Source: a virus
Direction: 5' to 3' (one strand)
DNA length: 64,000 nt
Virus record (IMG/VR): IMGVR_UViG_3300032294_001558
The notes under the pieces were generated by a model. That model had not been told where the DNA came from. It saw only the letters and a program-made list of their open reading frames with translations, and made no database searches. This document shows positions 51,547 to 61,080 of the stretch, piece after piece (within the stretch, counting starts at the first letter, position 1; every line of letters starts with the position of its first letter). A program made the translations under genes and the position numbers.

Positions 51547-53970
51547 ATGATTGACAAGAATCTGATGCCGCAAGACGCGCTGGCGCTTTCTGATGAACCG
51601 GCGATTGAGATCGAGGTTGCCTTAGAAGAACCTGCGGGTGCAGAAGTCGTGCTTGAAGCCGAAGCAGAAGAACTCCCCGAGGAGTTCAGCGCCAATCTTG
51701 CGGAGAGTCTTGGCGCCGACGTTCTTGAAGAACTCGCGAGTGAGCTTGTTCAGTTGGTAGATTCCGACATCAACTCTCGCAAAGAATGGGTGGAAATGTA
51801 TATCGCCGGCCTGGAAGTGCTGGGGATGAAGTACGAGGAGCGCACCGAGCCCTGGTCCGGTGCTTGCGGGGTGTTCTCCCCCCTGCTGACCGAAGCGGCA
51901 GTACGGTTTCAGAGCGAGATGATCATCGAGACCTTCCCGGCGCAAGGGCCGGTCAAGACGCAGATCATCGGTGCCATCGACAAATTGAAAGAGGAAGCGG
52001 CGGCGCGCGTGCGCGACGACATGAACTACATGCTGACCGAGCGCATGGTGTCATACCGCTCCGAGCATGAGCGGTTGCTGTACTCGCTGGGGCTTGCTGG
52101 GTCGGCGTTCAAGAAAATCTACCCTGACCCGAACACGGAGCTGCCGGCTGCGCCGTTCGTGCCGGCAGAAGACCTGATCATTCCGTACGGGGCGTCGGAC
52201 ATCTACACCGCCGAGCGGGTCACGCACATCATGCGTAAGACCAAGAACGACATCAAGCGGCTACAGGCTGCGGGGTTCTACGTAGAGGCCGATCTGGGGG
52301 AGCCCACACGCATCTTCTCCGACATCGAGAAGAAAAAGGCGGAAGAGCAAGGCTACTCGCTCAACGACGATGAGCGGTATCAGTTGCTGGAGGTTCACGT
52401 TGATTGGGACTTGAAAGAGGACTCCCAGGGGCTTGCGCTGCCCTACGTCGTGACTATCGACCGGAGCACGCAGAAGGTGCTGGCGGTGCGGCGCAACTGG
52501 GAGGAGGACGACCCCAAGCGACAGAAGCGGCAGCACTTTGTGCAGTACACGTTCGTGCCGGGATTTGGCGCGTATGGCCTTGGGTTCATCCACCTCATCG
52601 GTGGCTACGCCCGCGCGGGCACGTCGCTCATTCGCCAGCTTGTGGATGCCGGCTCGCTCGCTAACCTGCCCGGGGGACTCAAGACGCGCGGCCTGCGGAT
52701 CAAGGGGGACGACACTCCCATCGCGCCGGGCGAGTTCCGCGACGTTGATGTGCCTTCGGGCAGCGTCCGCGACAACATCATGCCCCTGCCGTACAAGGAG
52801 CCCTCCCAGGTGCTCGCAGCGCTGCTGGAGCGCATCACGGAGGAGGGCAGGCGGCTGGCAGCCATCGCAGACCTCAAGGTCTCCGACATGTCCGCCCAGG
52901 CGCCCGTGGGCACCACGCTGGCCCTGCTGGAGCGCCAGTTGAAGACCATGAGCGCGGTACAGGCCCGCGCGCACGCGAGCCTCCGGATGGAGTTCCGGCT
53001 GCTCAAGTCGGTCATTCGTGACTTTGCACCGACTGACTACGAATACACGCCCGAGAACGCGACTCCGCGTGCCAAACAGGCTGACTATGACGTAGTAGAG
53101 ATCATTCCTGTCTCTGATCCTAACGCGGCAACAATGTCGCAGCGGATCATGCAGTACCAAGCTGCGTTGCAGCTTGCGCAAGGGGCTCCGCAGATTTATG
53201 ACCTTCCGCAGTTGCATCGACAGATGCTGGAGGTGTTGGGGATCAAGAACGCGGCCAAACTCGTCCCGGTCGATGCCGATCAGAAGCCGCGCGATCCGGT
53301 AACGGAAAACATGAGTGTGCTCATGGGCAGGCCCATCAAGGCGTTCGCGTACCAAGACCACCAAGCGCACCTGATGGCGCACCAGTCGTTCATGCAAGAC
53401 CCCAACATCGCGGCTACGCTGGGGCAGAACCCACAGGCGCAGCAGATGATGGCCGCGCTGATGGCGCACATTGCCGAGCACACGGCCTTTGCATACCGGG
53501 CCCAAGTGGAGATGGCGCTGGGCGCCCCGCTGCCCCCGCTGGACGACGAGAACGAGTCGCCGCTTGCGCCCGAGGACGAGAAGGCACTGGCACCGCTGAT
53601 TGCTGCTGCGGCGCAGCAGACGATGATCCAGAACCGCGCGGCGATGGCCCAGCAGCAGGCGCAGCAGCAGGCGCAAGACCCCACCTTACAGCTACAGGCC
53701 AAGGAACTTGAACTGAAGGAACGTGACAGCGACCGTAAGGACCAGGACAGCTTGCGCGACTTCGAGATCGCTAGGGGCAAGCTTGCGCTGGAGGCTGCCA
53801 AGATCCAGAAGGACAATCCGCGGGCCAAGGCCCTTGCGGCGCAACAAGAGATCGTGCTCAAGGGCGCGAGAGCGCGGCAGGAAATGACACACAAAGATCA
53901 GATGCACCGGCTTAAGCTACAGCAACAGGCGGAGCAGCGTGCGGCGCGTTCGCAGCCTAAGGAGAAGTGA
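51547..53970 (+). CDS. portal protein (807 aa)
   Basis: Size and position immediately after TerL. Gln/Ala-rich coiled C-terminus. Confidence 0.65.
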   Translation: MIDKNLMPQDALALSDEPAIEIEVALEEPAGAEVVLEAEAEELPEEFSANLAESLGADVLEELASELVQLVDSDINSRKEWVEMYIAGLEVLGMKYEERTEPWSGACGVFSPLLTEAAVRFQSEMIIETFPAQGPVKTQIIGAIDKLKEEAAARVRDDMNYMLTERMVSYRSEHERLLYSLGLAGSAFKKIYPDPNTELPAAPFVPAEDLIIPYGASDIYTAERVTHIMRKTKNDIKRLQAAGFYVEADLGEPTRIFSDIEKKKAEEQGYSLNDDERYQLLEVHVDWDLKEDSQGLALPYVVTIDRSTQKVLAVRRNWEEDDPKRQKRQHFVQYTFVPGFGAYGLGFIHLIGGYARAGTSLIRQLVDAGSLANLPGGLKTRGLRIKGDDTPIAPGEFRDVDVPSGSVRDNIMPLPYKEPSQVLAALLERITEEGRRLAAIADLKVSDMSAQAPVGTTLALLERQLKTMSAVQARAHASLRMEFRLLKSVIRDFAPTDYEYTPENATPRAKQADYDVVEIIPVSDPNAATMSQRIMQYQAALQLAQGAPQIYDLPQLHRQMLEVLGIKNAAKLVPVDADQKPRDPVTENMSVLMGRPIKAFAYQDHQAHLMAHQSFMQDPNIAATLGQNPQAQQMMAALMAHIAEHTAFAYRAQVEMALGAPLPPLDDENESPLAPEDEKALAPLIAAAAQQTMIQNRAAMAQQQAQQQAQDPTLQLQAKELELKERDSDRKDQDSLRDFEIARGKLALEAAKIQKDNPRAKALAAQQEIVLKGARARQEMTHKDQMHRLKLQQQAEQRAARSQPKEK

Positions 53971-54161
53971 TGGCCGAAGACGCAATGAAGCACACGTTTC
54001 GAGAGCTTGAGGAGCGACAAAATGCTCTTACGCAGGCTCTTATTACAGGTGCGGCAAAAGACTACGCAGAGTATCGACAAATGTGCGGGGAAATCCGGGG
54101 TCTTTCATTCGCACATACCCATTTCAGCGACCTCGTGCGGAAACTTCAAGATGACGAATAA
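53970..54161 (+). CDS. hypothetical head-module protein (63 aa)
   Basis: TGATG overlap with the portal stop. Confidence 0.45.
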   Translation: MAEDAMKHTFRELEERQNALTQALITGAAKDYAEYRQMCGEIRGLSFAHTHFSDLVRKLQDDE

Positions 54162-54552
54162 TTTGCTTCTATCAGACGGAGAGAGCACTACGGTGCTGCC
54201 AGATACCGCGGAAGAAAAAGCGCGGCAGATTCCTGATCCAGCGACGTACCACCTTCTTTGTGTACTACCGAAGGCCGAGGAGGAGTACGAGAGCGGTCTG
54301 GTCAAAGCCGGCCAGACTATGCACTACGAAGAAGTGCTGAGCCCCGTGCTGTTTGTGATCAAGATGGGCCCAGACGCGTACGCCGACAAAACGCGGTTCC
54401 CGCATGGGCCGTCGTGCAAGGTGGGGGATTTTGTTCTAGTTCGCCCAAATACGGGCACTAGGATCAAGATTCACGGGCAGGAATTTCGTCTGATTAACGA
54501 CGACTCTGTCGAAGCAGTTGTTCAAGATCCGCGTGGGATCAAGAGGGCCTGA
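54151..54552 (+). CDS. GroES/Cpn10-like protein (133 aa)
   Basis: HLLCVLPKAEEEYESGLV...KVGDFVLVRPNTGTRIKIHGQEFRLINDDSVEAVV follows the GroES pattern. ATG at 54151; the ORF track's longer form starts at 54007. Confidence 0.5.
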   Translation: MTNNLLLSDGESTTVLPDTAEEKARQIPDPATYHLLCVLPKAEEEYESGLVKAGQTMHYEEVLSPVLFVIKMGPDAYADKTRFPHGPSCKVGDFVLVRPNTGTRIKIHGQEFRLINDDSVEAVVQDPRGIKRA

Positions 54553-54554
54553 AC

Positions 54555-55496
54555 ATGGACAAGTTTCAATTCCCCGATGAAAAGACCAACGACAACACCG
54601 AAGATTTTCAGGTAGAGATCGAAGGAGAAGGGGGGTCTGAGGTTGAGATTGTTGACGACACGCCTGAGGCAGACCGTGGCCGCGCGCCAATGGTTGACCC
54701 TCCGAATGAGGTCACTGACGAAGAGCTAGAAAAGTACACCGAGAGTGTCCGCACGCGCATCAAACACTTCTCCAAGGGCTACCACGAGGAGCGTCGGGCG
54801 AAGGAGGCGGCGCAGCGTGAGAAGGAGGAGGCGATCCGCCTTGCGCAGTCGTTGGTTGAGGAGAACAAGAAGCTCCAAGGCAGCCTCGGGCAGGGCCAGC
54901 AAGTCATGCTGGAGCAGGCCAAGAAGGTGTCTGCCACTGAGGTAGAACAGGCCAAGCAGAAGCTTAAGGCGGCGCATGAGGCGGGCGATACTGACGCGTT
55001 TGTTGCTGCGCAGGAAGAACTCACGGCGGCCAAGATCCGGGCGGAGCGGTTCAACAACATCAAAACGCTTGCGCCACCTGAAGAAAGTGTGGTACAACCC
55101 GAAGCGCAAGGCCGACCGCAGCCTGCGGCCGTCACCCCCGACCCAGACGCACTTGCGTGGCAAAAGTCAAATTCGTGGTTTGGGACCAACCGTAGGATGA
55201 CCGCAGTAGCGCTGGAGGTCCACCAAGAACTTGCGGAATCAGGGGTTCGTGTAGGATCTGAGGAATACTACAAAAGGATCGACAAGGAGATGCGTGAGAC
55301 TTTTCCTGGTGCTTTTAAACCACAGGAAGATAGGTCCGCAAAGAAGCCTAGTGTCGTCGCCCCCGTATCGCGCAGCACAGCGCCTAAAAAGATCGTGCTG
55401 ACGCAATCGCAAGTCAACATTGCTAAGCGGCTGGGACTGACTAACGAGCAGTACGCCCGCGCGGTAGCAGATGAGATGAGGAAGCAAAATGCCTGA
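54555..55496 (+). CDS. scaffolding protein (313 aa)
   Basis: Glu/Lys/Ala-rich coiled coil, lying between the portal and capsid genes. Confidence 0.55.
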   Translation: MDKFQFPDEKTNDNTEDFQVEIEGEGGSEVEIVDDTPEADRGRAPMVDPPNEVTDEELEKYTESVRTRIKHFSKGYHEERRAKEAAQREKEEAIRLAQSLVEENKKLQGSLGQGQQVMLEQAKKVSATEVEQAKQKLKAAHEAGDTDAFVAAQEELTAAKIRAERFNNIKTLAPPEESVVQPEAQGRPQPAAVTPDPDALAWQKSNSWFGTNRRMTAVALEVHQELAESGVRVGSEEYYKRIDKEMRETFPGAFKPQEDRSAKKPSVVAPVSRSTAPKKIVLTQSQVNIAKRLGLTNEQYARAVADEMRKQNA

Positions 55497-55950
55497 ACAA
55501 CCAACCCGAGTCCCGCGAGAATTCGACACCCGCGCGAAGACTGAACGGCCCAAGAAGTGGATGCCTCCGCAGATGCTTCCGGACCCCAAGCCTGAGCCCG
55601 GATACGCATTCCGCTGGATTCGCATCAGTACGCTGGGGGCTGGTGATCCGAGCAATGTTTCCGGTAAGTTCCAAGAGGGGTGGGAGCCCGTGAAGGCTTC
55701 AGAACACCCCGAAATCCAGCTTCTGGGCACTAGCTCCAATCGTTTCCCAGACAGCATTGAGATTGGCGGACTGCTTCTCTGCAAGACCCCTGTCGAATTC
55801 ATGGAACAACGCGACACCTACTATCGGCAACAAGCCGAGAACCAGTTGGAAAGCGTTGACAATCACTTCATGCGCCAGAACGATTCCCGCGCGCCGCTCT
55901 TCCGAGAGCGTCGTACTGAGGTTAAGTTCGGGCGCGGTTCTAACTCTTAG
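55489..55950 (+). CDS. hypothetical head-module protein (153 aa)
   Basis: Operon context. Confidence 0.5.
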   Translation: MPEQPTRVPREFDTRAKTERPKKWMPPQMLPDPKPEPGYAFRWIRISTLGAGDPSNVSGKFQEGWEPVKASEHPEIQLLGTSSNRFPDSIEIGGLLLCKTPVEFMEQRDTYYRQQAENQLESVDNHFMRQNDSRAPLFRERRTEVKFGRGSNS

Positions 55951-55959
55951 GAGGCTTAA

Positions 55960-56886
55960 ATGCCGTATCCTATCATTGATGCTCCTTACGGGCTACAGCC
56001 GGTGAATTTGCGCGGAGGTATTCCGTTTGCAGGTTCTACCCGGATGATCCCGATTGGTCAAGGCTACAACACCGGCATGTTCTATGGTGATGTGGTCGGT
56101 ATTTCTAACGGTAACACGGTAATTACTCCGTACAACGCCAATACCCGCTCCGCTGCAACGGCAGGTGATATTGTTGGTGTGTTTCTCGGTGCCGAGTACA
56201 CGGCTACGAGCGGCCCGCTTTTCGGTAAGCTTCGCAACGAGTTCTGGCCTGCGGGCACGAACGCCCCCGATGCGGTCGCTTACGTTGTGGATGACCCCAA
56301 CGCGGTGTTCCGGTCGGTTGTGGTTGCTCAAAACCAAGGCACGGCTAACACTCAGGCCAATACCAGCACGGTCATTGGCTACATGTCGCCGTCGTTCGTC
56401 GGCTCCAACGCGTTCCTCGTCGCAGGTAACGCTGGTAGCTCTATCAGCGGTAACTCGCTGATGGGCGTCTCTGGCGGCAACCCGACCGTGGCCTCTTCGG
56501 TCGCGGGTAATATTCGGCAGACTGTCGGTACGGGTGCGGGCACTTCGCCCTGCCTGCGCGTGATTCAGCTTGTTCCGGATACGGCGGTGACGGTCACGAC
56601 CAACCTGACCTCCTCGCCTGCTGGTGCCGCGACCTTTACGGTGGCGTCCACTGCCGGGCTTCAGCCGGGTATGCAGTGCATCATCGCTGGTGTGTCTGGT
56701 ACTACGGCGGGTTCGCCGGGCTCTAACCTCACGGTTACGGGCGTGGTTCCGGGCACTTCGACCATCACGGTCAGCGCCAACGTCACGGCGGCTAGCGGCA
56801 CCTCGGTTACTTTCGTGGGCTACCCGGAAGTCATCGTGGGCTGGAACTTCGGTTTCCACAGCTATCTGTTGGCTGCGGGCGTCTAA
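55960..56886 (+). CDS. virion head protein (308 aa), possibly a decoration or second capsid protein
   Basis: Strong RBS (TAGGAGG). Immediately upstream of the major capsid gene. Confidence 0.5.
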   Translation: MPYPIIDAPYGLQPVNLRGGIPFAGSTRMIPIGQGYNTGMFYGDVVGISNGNTVITPYNANTRSAATAGDIVGVFLGAEYTATSGPLFGKLRNEFWPAGTNAPDAVAYVVDDPNAVFRSVVVAQNQGTANTQANTSTVIGYMSPSFVGSNAFLVAGNAGSSISGNSLMGVSGGNPTVASSVAGNIRQTVGTGAGTSPCLRVIQLVPDTAVTVTTNLTSSPAGAATFTVASTAGLQPGMQCIIAGVSGTTAGSPGSNLTVTGVVPGTSTITVSANVTAASGTSVTFVGYPEVIVGWNFGFHSYLLAAGV

Positions 56887-56898
56887 GGAGCATAAATC

Positions 56899-57810
56899 AT
56901 GGCAATTTCTCGTGCCCAACTACTCAAGGAACTGCTCCCTGGACTGAACGCGCTGTTCGGCCTGGAGTACAAGCGCTACGGCGAAGAGCACAAGGAAATC
57001 TACGAAACCGAGTCTTCGGATCGTAGTTTTGAGGAAGAAACCAAGCTTGCTGGTTTCAGTGCCGCCCCGGTGAAGAACGAAGGTCAAGCGCTTGAGTACC
57101 AAAATGCTCAAGAGGCGTGGACCGCTCGTTACAACCACGAGACCATCGCTATGGGTTTCGCCATCACCGAAGAGGCGATGGAAGACAACCTGTACGACAG
57201 TCTCTCCAGCCGGTACACCAAGGCTCTTGCCCGTGCAATGGCGTACACCAAGCAGGTCAAGGCGGCTTCGATCCTGAATAACGGCTTCTCTAGCGCCACC
57301 GTTTACGGCGACGGCCAGCCGTTGTTTTCGACCGCGCATCCGCTGACCAGCGGGGGTACCAACTCTAACCGGCCGGCTACGGCGGCGGACCTCAACGAGA
57401 CTTCGCTTGAGGCAGCGGTCATTCAGATTGCTGGCTGGACGGATGAGAAGGGCCTGCTGATCGCGGCCAAGCCGCGTAAGCTGATTGTTCCGCCTGCGCT
57501 GATGTTCGTGGCTACCCGACTTCTGGAGACCTCTCTGCGGGTCGGTACCACGGACAACGACATCAACGCGCTGAAGAACAACGGCTCCATCCCCGAAGGG
57601 TACACGGTCAACCACTTCCTGACCGACACCAACGCCTGGTTCCTAAAAACCGACGTGCCAAACGGCATGAAGCACTTCGTTCGCGTGTCGATGTCTACTG
57701 GTATGGACCAAGATTTCGACACTGGGAATAACCGCTACAAGGCGCGTGAGAGGTATTCATTCGGCGTCAGTGATCCTCTCGGGGTCTTCGGCTCGCCCGG
57801 TTCGAGCTGA
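56899..57810 (+). CDS. major capsid protein (N4-type, HK97 fold)
   Basis: LLKELLPGLNALFGLEYKRY..SFEEETKLAGFSAAPVKNEGQALEYQ..IAMGFAITEEAMEDNLY resembles N4 gp56-type coat proteins (from memory). Followed by a strong terminator. Confidence 0.75.
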   Translation: MAISRAQLLKELLPGLNALFGLEYKRYGEEHKEIYETESSDRSFEEETKLAGFSAAPVKNEGQALEYQNAQEAWTARYNHETIAMGFAITEEAMEDNLYDSLSSRYTKALARAMAYTKQVKAASILNNGFSSATVYGDGQPLFSTAHPLTSGGTNSNRPATAADLNETSLEAAVIQIAGWTDEKGLLIAAKPRKLIVPPALMFVATRLLETSLRVGTTDNDINALKNNGSIPEGYTVNHFLTDTNAWFLKTDVPNGMKHFVRVSMSTGMDQDFDTGNNRYKARERYSFGVSDPLGVFGSPGSS

Positions 57811-57846
57811 GCAAAACCCAGCAAAATCACGCACTTAGCTCGGTCT

Positions 57847-57870
57847 AAGGGGCCCTTCGGGGCCCTTTTT
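57847..57870 (+). terminator. rho-independent terminator after the capsid gene
   Basis: GGGCCC-TTCG-GGGCCC followed by TTTTT. Confidence 0.75.
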
Positions 57871-57879
57871 CTTTGCCTG

Positions 57880-57908
57880 TTGACTTTGAGAGGTACCGCT
57901 GGTACATT
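57880..57908 (+). promoter_or_regulatory. sigma70-like promoter TTGACT-N17-TACATT
   Basis: -35 at 57880-57885 and -10 at 57903-57908, with an exact 17-nt spacer. Confidence 0.5.
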
Positions 57909-57914
57909 ACGGCA

Positions 57915-57996
57915 TCAGCCCTTGTAACGGAGGGCCCGGTTCGTCCTGATCTTATACGGGAATACCCGTATAAAAGGGCCCTTTGGGGCCCTTTTT
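57915..57996 (+). ncRNA. candidate small RNA (about 80 nt) between a promoter and a terminator
   Basis: Bounded by the promoter above and the terminator at 57972-57996. Internal hairpin TATACGGG-AAT-ACCCGTATA. No ORF. Confidence 0.3.
57972..57996 (+). terminator. second rho-independent terminator (near-copy of the first)
   Basis: GGGCCC-TTTG-GGGCCC followed by TTTTTCTTTTT. Confidence 0.7.
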
Positions 57997-58006
57997 CTTT
58001 TTGGGC

Positions 58007-58035
58007 TTGACCTGCGCCACGGCAGCGGCTAGTAT
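58007..58035 (+). promoter_or_regulatory. sigma70-like promoter TTGACC-N17-TAGTAT
   Basis: -35 at 58007-58012 and -10 at 58030-58035, just upstream of the 494-aa ORF. Confidence 0.5.
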
Positions 58036-58052
58036 GCAAATCTTAGAGATTA

Positions 58053-59537
58053 GTGCTACACACCGATATGACGCTGCCCACCTCTCGTGCTGAAGCCGCC
58101 GCCACTGGAAGCAAGCACTACTTCACCGGCAAGCCGTGCGCCCGAGGCCACGTTGCCCCGCGTTTCACCTCCATCGGCGCTTGTTCAGAGTGCTCACGCG
58201 AAAACACAATGCGTGTGTACAGCCACAAGACTGCGCGTCGCAGAGCATACTCGGATCTGCAGGGCTTTATTGCCGCTGCGGTTGACGTACACGCCGGCAG
58301 GTACCGTTACGATGCGGCAGTCTATGCTGGAGCGCACACCAAGATTGCGATTTCCTGCCCCACGCACGGAGTGTTTTACCAGACGCCAACCAACCATATA
58401 CAGGGCCGCGGATGCCCGCGCTGCAAACACGAAGCGTTTGGTCTTCGCTCTAGGACGGAAAAAGCCGACTTTGTTCGCCGGGCGCAACTCGTTTGGGGGG
58501 AGCGATGGGACTACTCCGAAACTGAATATACGGGCGCAAGGTCGCTGCTCAACATCAGGTGCCCTGTTCACGGCGTTTTTCAACAAACGCAGTCTAACCA
58601 TCTCTCTGGCAAGATAGGCTGCACACGGTGCAACCACACCAAATCAAGAGGCGAAGACGCCGTGGCCGCACTACTCGAAACCTACACGTCCATAGAACGC
58701 CGTAACAACACCATTTTGAAGCCTAGAGAGTTGGACATCTACATGCCCGACGCCAAAATGGCGGTTGAGTACTGCGGAGACTACTGGCATAGCCACGGAG
58801 ACGCAGAGTCTGAGCGAAAAAACAGGCTCAAGCACTACGAAAAGTACAAGGCGTGCAGTGCGCTGGGTATTCGCCTGCTGACCGTCTACGAGTCCGAGTG
58901 GCTGACCCGGGGGTACGCGCTCCGCCGCTTGTTGCGCAACGCTATCGGTAAGGCTCGGGGGCGTCTCATGGCACGGAAGTGCGAGCTGGGCAAGCCCACC
59001 AACGCAGAGGCCAAGGCGTTCTACGAGCGCTACCACCCCCAAGGCGGGGACGGCATGGGAGAACACTACGGCCTGTTCTGGAAGGACAAGCTCGTTGCCT
59101 GCATGCGCTTTACTTTTGGGGCCAACGACCGAGGCAGTACCACTAAGCGGGTGTGGACCCTGACGCGCTACGCTACGCGGATCACGGTTGCTGGGGCGGC
59201 TTCTAGGCTTTTCAAAGCTTTCCTGACTGAGCATCAGCCGCTGGAGGTCAAATCGTTCTCTGATAACCGCTACTTTGAAGGCGGTATGTACGCGCAATTA
59301 GGGTTTGCTCTTGAGGAAGAGTCCGGACCAGACTATCAGGTCTGGAGCCCTAGGCTGGGCCTGCGCCCCAAGACGCACTACCAGCGGCGCAATCTCCCCA
59401 AGCGCCTGCAAGAGCACGGCGCAAGCGACACGTTCGACCCAGAAACGGACCCCCGCACGGAGGCCGAGATGACTTTTCTTATGGGGTGCCGACGCCTGTA
59501 TGACTGCGGCAAAAAAAGATGGGTCTGGCAGGCTTGA
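58053..59537 (+). CDS. free-standing homing-endonuclease-like protein (zinc ribbons + Vsr/DUF559-like PD-(D/E)XK core + C-terminal domain)
   Basis: Two copies of CP.HGVF.Q...NH..G.GC.RC. ELDIYMPDAKMAVEYCGDYWH. GTG at 58053 or ATG at 58068. Confidence 0.5.
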   Translation: MLHTDMTLPTSRAEAAATGSKHYFTGKPCARGHVAPRFTSIGACSECSRENTMRVYSHKTARRRAYSDLQGFIAAAVDVHAGRYRYDAAVYAGAHTKIAISCPTHGVFYQTPTNHIQGRGCPRCKHEAFGLRSRTEKADFVRRAQLVWGERWDYSETEYTGARSLLNIRCPVHGVFQQTQSNHLSGKIGCTRCNHTKSRGEDAVAALLETYTSIERRNNTILKPRELDIYMPDAKMAVEYCGDYWHSHGDAESERKNRLKHYEKYKACSALGIRLLTVYESEWLTRGYALRRLLRNAIGKARGRLMARKCELGKPTNAEAKAFYERYHPQGGDGMGEHYGLFWKDKLVACMRFTFGANDRGSTTKRVWTLTRYATRITVAGAASRLFKAFLTEHQPLEVKSFSDNRYFEGGMYAQLGFALEEESGPDYQVWSPRLGLRPKTHYQRRNLPKRLQEHGASDTFDPETDPRTEAEMTFLMGCRRLYDCGKKRWVWQA

Positions 59538-59640
59538 CTCCCGCGCCGTCCTAAGGTATAAAGGGCCGCCGGGGTTCCCCCCGCACGCCGACTGCCCCGG
59601 CAGACTCTCCTCAAGGCGGCGTGTGCACTGAGGACAAATC

Positions 59641-60126
59641 ATGGGTTTCTCTACCTTCTCTGGGCCTATCCGTTCGGGCACGCAGCGCTTTGGCACGGTG
59701 ACTGAAGGCCGCAACACCGGCCTCGTGGTTCTCTCGCAGTCGGTTGACACGGGCGTCGTCACTGCGGGCGTCGGCAACGTCGATCTCCGCTTCGGGAACC
59801 TCCCTGCTGGCGCGCAGATCATCAATATCACGGTTGACCAGACCGTGGTCCCTGGCGGCTCTTCGACGGCAACGATCTCTGTCGGTAGCGCAGTTGGTGG
59901 GGCGCAGTTTTTCCCGGCCACCGCCACTACTGGTGGCGGACGTTTCACCACGACGGCAATTGCCAACGTGCTCAACTGGGCTACGCTGCCGACCAACGCT
60001 GACACGCAGCTTTGGGTGCGTTACGCGGTTGGTGTCGCGGCTGGTGTTGGCCGCGCGGTCATTACCGTCCAGTACGTTCAGCGTGCCTCTAATGGTGCGG
60101 TGGCTCCTACGACTTTTGAAGTCTAA
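59641..60126 (+). CDS. virion protein (161 aa)
   Basis: Late operon. Gly/Thr/Val-rich. Confidence 0.55.
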   Translation: MGFSTFSGPIRSGTQRFGTVTEGRNTGLVVLSQSVDTGVVTAGVGNVDLRFGNLPAGAQIINITVDQTVVPGGSSTATISVGSAVGGAQFFPATATTGGGRFTTTAIANVLNWATLPTNADTQLWVRYAVGVAAGVGRAVITVQYVQRASNGAVAPTTFEV

Positions 60127-60161
60127 GTAAGCCTTTTGTTTCCGCTTTGTAAGGAGATAAA

Positions 60162-60494
60162 ATGGCACAGCCAGCCTACCTAACTGCGTCGGACACGAGC
60201 AGTTCAACGCTCTACGTGCCCAACCTGCACGTTACGCCATTCAACATCGGCCTTGGCGCAATCGTTGTCTCCGGTACGCCGACATACACGGTAGAACACA
60301 CGTTCGACAACATTTTTGCGCCCGGCTTCAGCCCTGCAACAGCTACGTGGTTCCCCCACGCTAGCCTCGCTAATATCGTGAACCAAAATAGGGACGGCAA
60401 CTACGCCTTTCCTATTCAGGCGCTGCGTATCCGTGTTACGGCTAGTACCGGCATTGTTCGGCTTGTTGTTCTCCAAGCGGGGATCAAGCAATGA
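60162..60494 (+). CDS. virion protein (110 aa)
   Basis: AAGGAGATAAA precedes the ATG. ATGA overlap downstream. Confidence 0.55.
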   Translation: MAQPAYLTASDTSSSTLYVPNLHVTPFNIGLGAIVVSGTPTYTVEHTFDNIFAPGFSPATATWFPHASLANIVNQNRDGNYAFPIQALRIRVTASTGIVRLVVLQAGIKQ

Positions 60495-61072
60495 GTAGCG
60501 GCGTCAGTATTACTGGTGGTAGTAGCGATTCTGTCTTGGAGAATCTTGCCATTTTGGCGGACCCTACCAAGTTTCAGGAGCGTCTGGGGCTGCTACAGAA
60601 GGCTACGTTGGACGCAACCGAGGCGTGGACGCGCATCCGCAAGGCGGAGACCGCGGAAGAGATGCTGAAGAACGCTACGCGCCAGCTTGCCGAGGCTAAA
60701 AAGACCTTGGCGGATGCCGCGGAAGAGTCGTCACGGCTGCTCAAGGACGCTGAGCAAAGCGTTGAGCGTATGCTCAAGGCTGCGGAGAGTAAGGTTGAGA
60801 TTGTGACTACCGCGGCTCAGGAGGATGCATCCCGCCTCAAGACGGCAGCGCTGGCTGCGCAGTCGGCCGCAGCGCTCAAAGAGAAGACTGCGGAGAATAT
60901 GCTGACTAAAGCGCAGCTTCAGACCGCAGCACTCAATGAGCGCGAGGCGCAGTTGAAGGCCGCTCAGGAACAGCTTGAACGGGACCGCACCTCCCTTGAG
61001 CAGCGCGAGCAGGATCTTTCGCAAAAAGTCGCCGCTATCGCCTCGGTCACTGCCGCACTTGGGATTAAGTAG
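60491..61072 (+). CDS. coiled-coil protein (193 aa)
   Basis: Ala/Glu/Lys/Leu-rich heptad-like sequence. Confidence 0.55.
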   Translation: MSSGVSITGGSSDSVLENLAILADPTKFQERLGLLQKATLDATEAWTRIRKAETAEEMLKNATRQLAEAKKTLADAAEESSRLLKDAEQSVERMLKAAESKVEIVTTAAQEDASRLKTAALAAQSAAALKEKTAENMLTKAQLQTAALNEREAQLKAAQEQLERDRTSLEQREQDLSQKVAAIASVTAALGIK

Positions 61073-61080
61073 AGGGAATT

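Noticed and set aside
52261-56919. The 471-aa (52261..53676) and 308-aa (55993..56919) - strand ORFs, and other antisense ORFs in the head module.
   Set aside because: They are Arg/Leu/His-rich shadow frames opposite the portal and head genes and make no sense in the operon.
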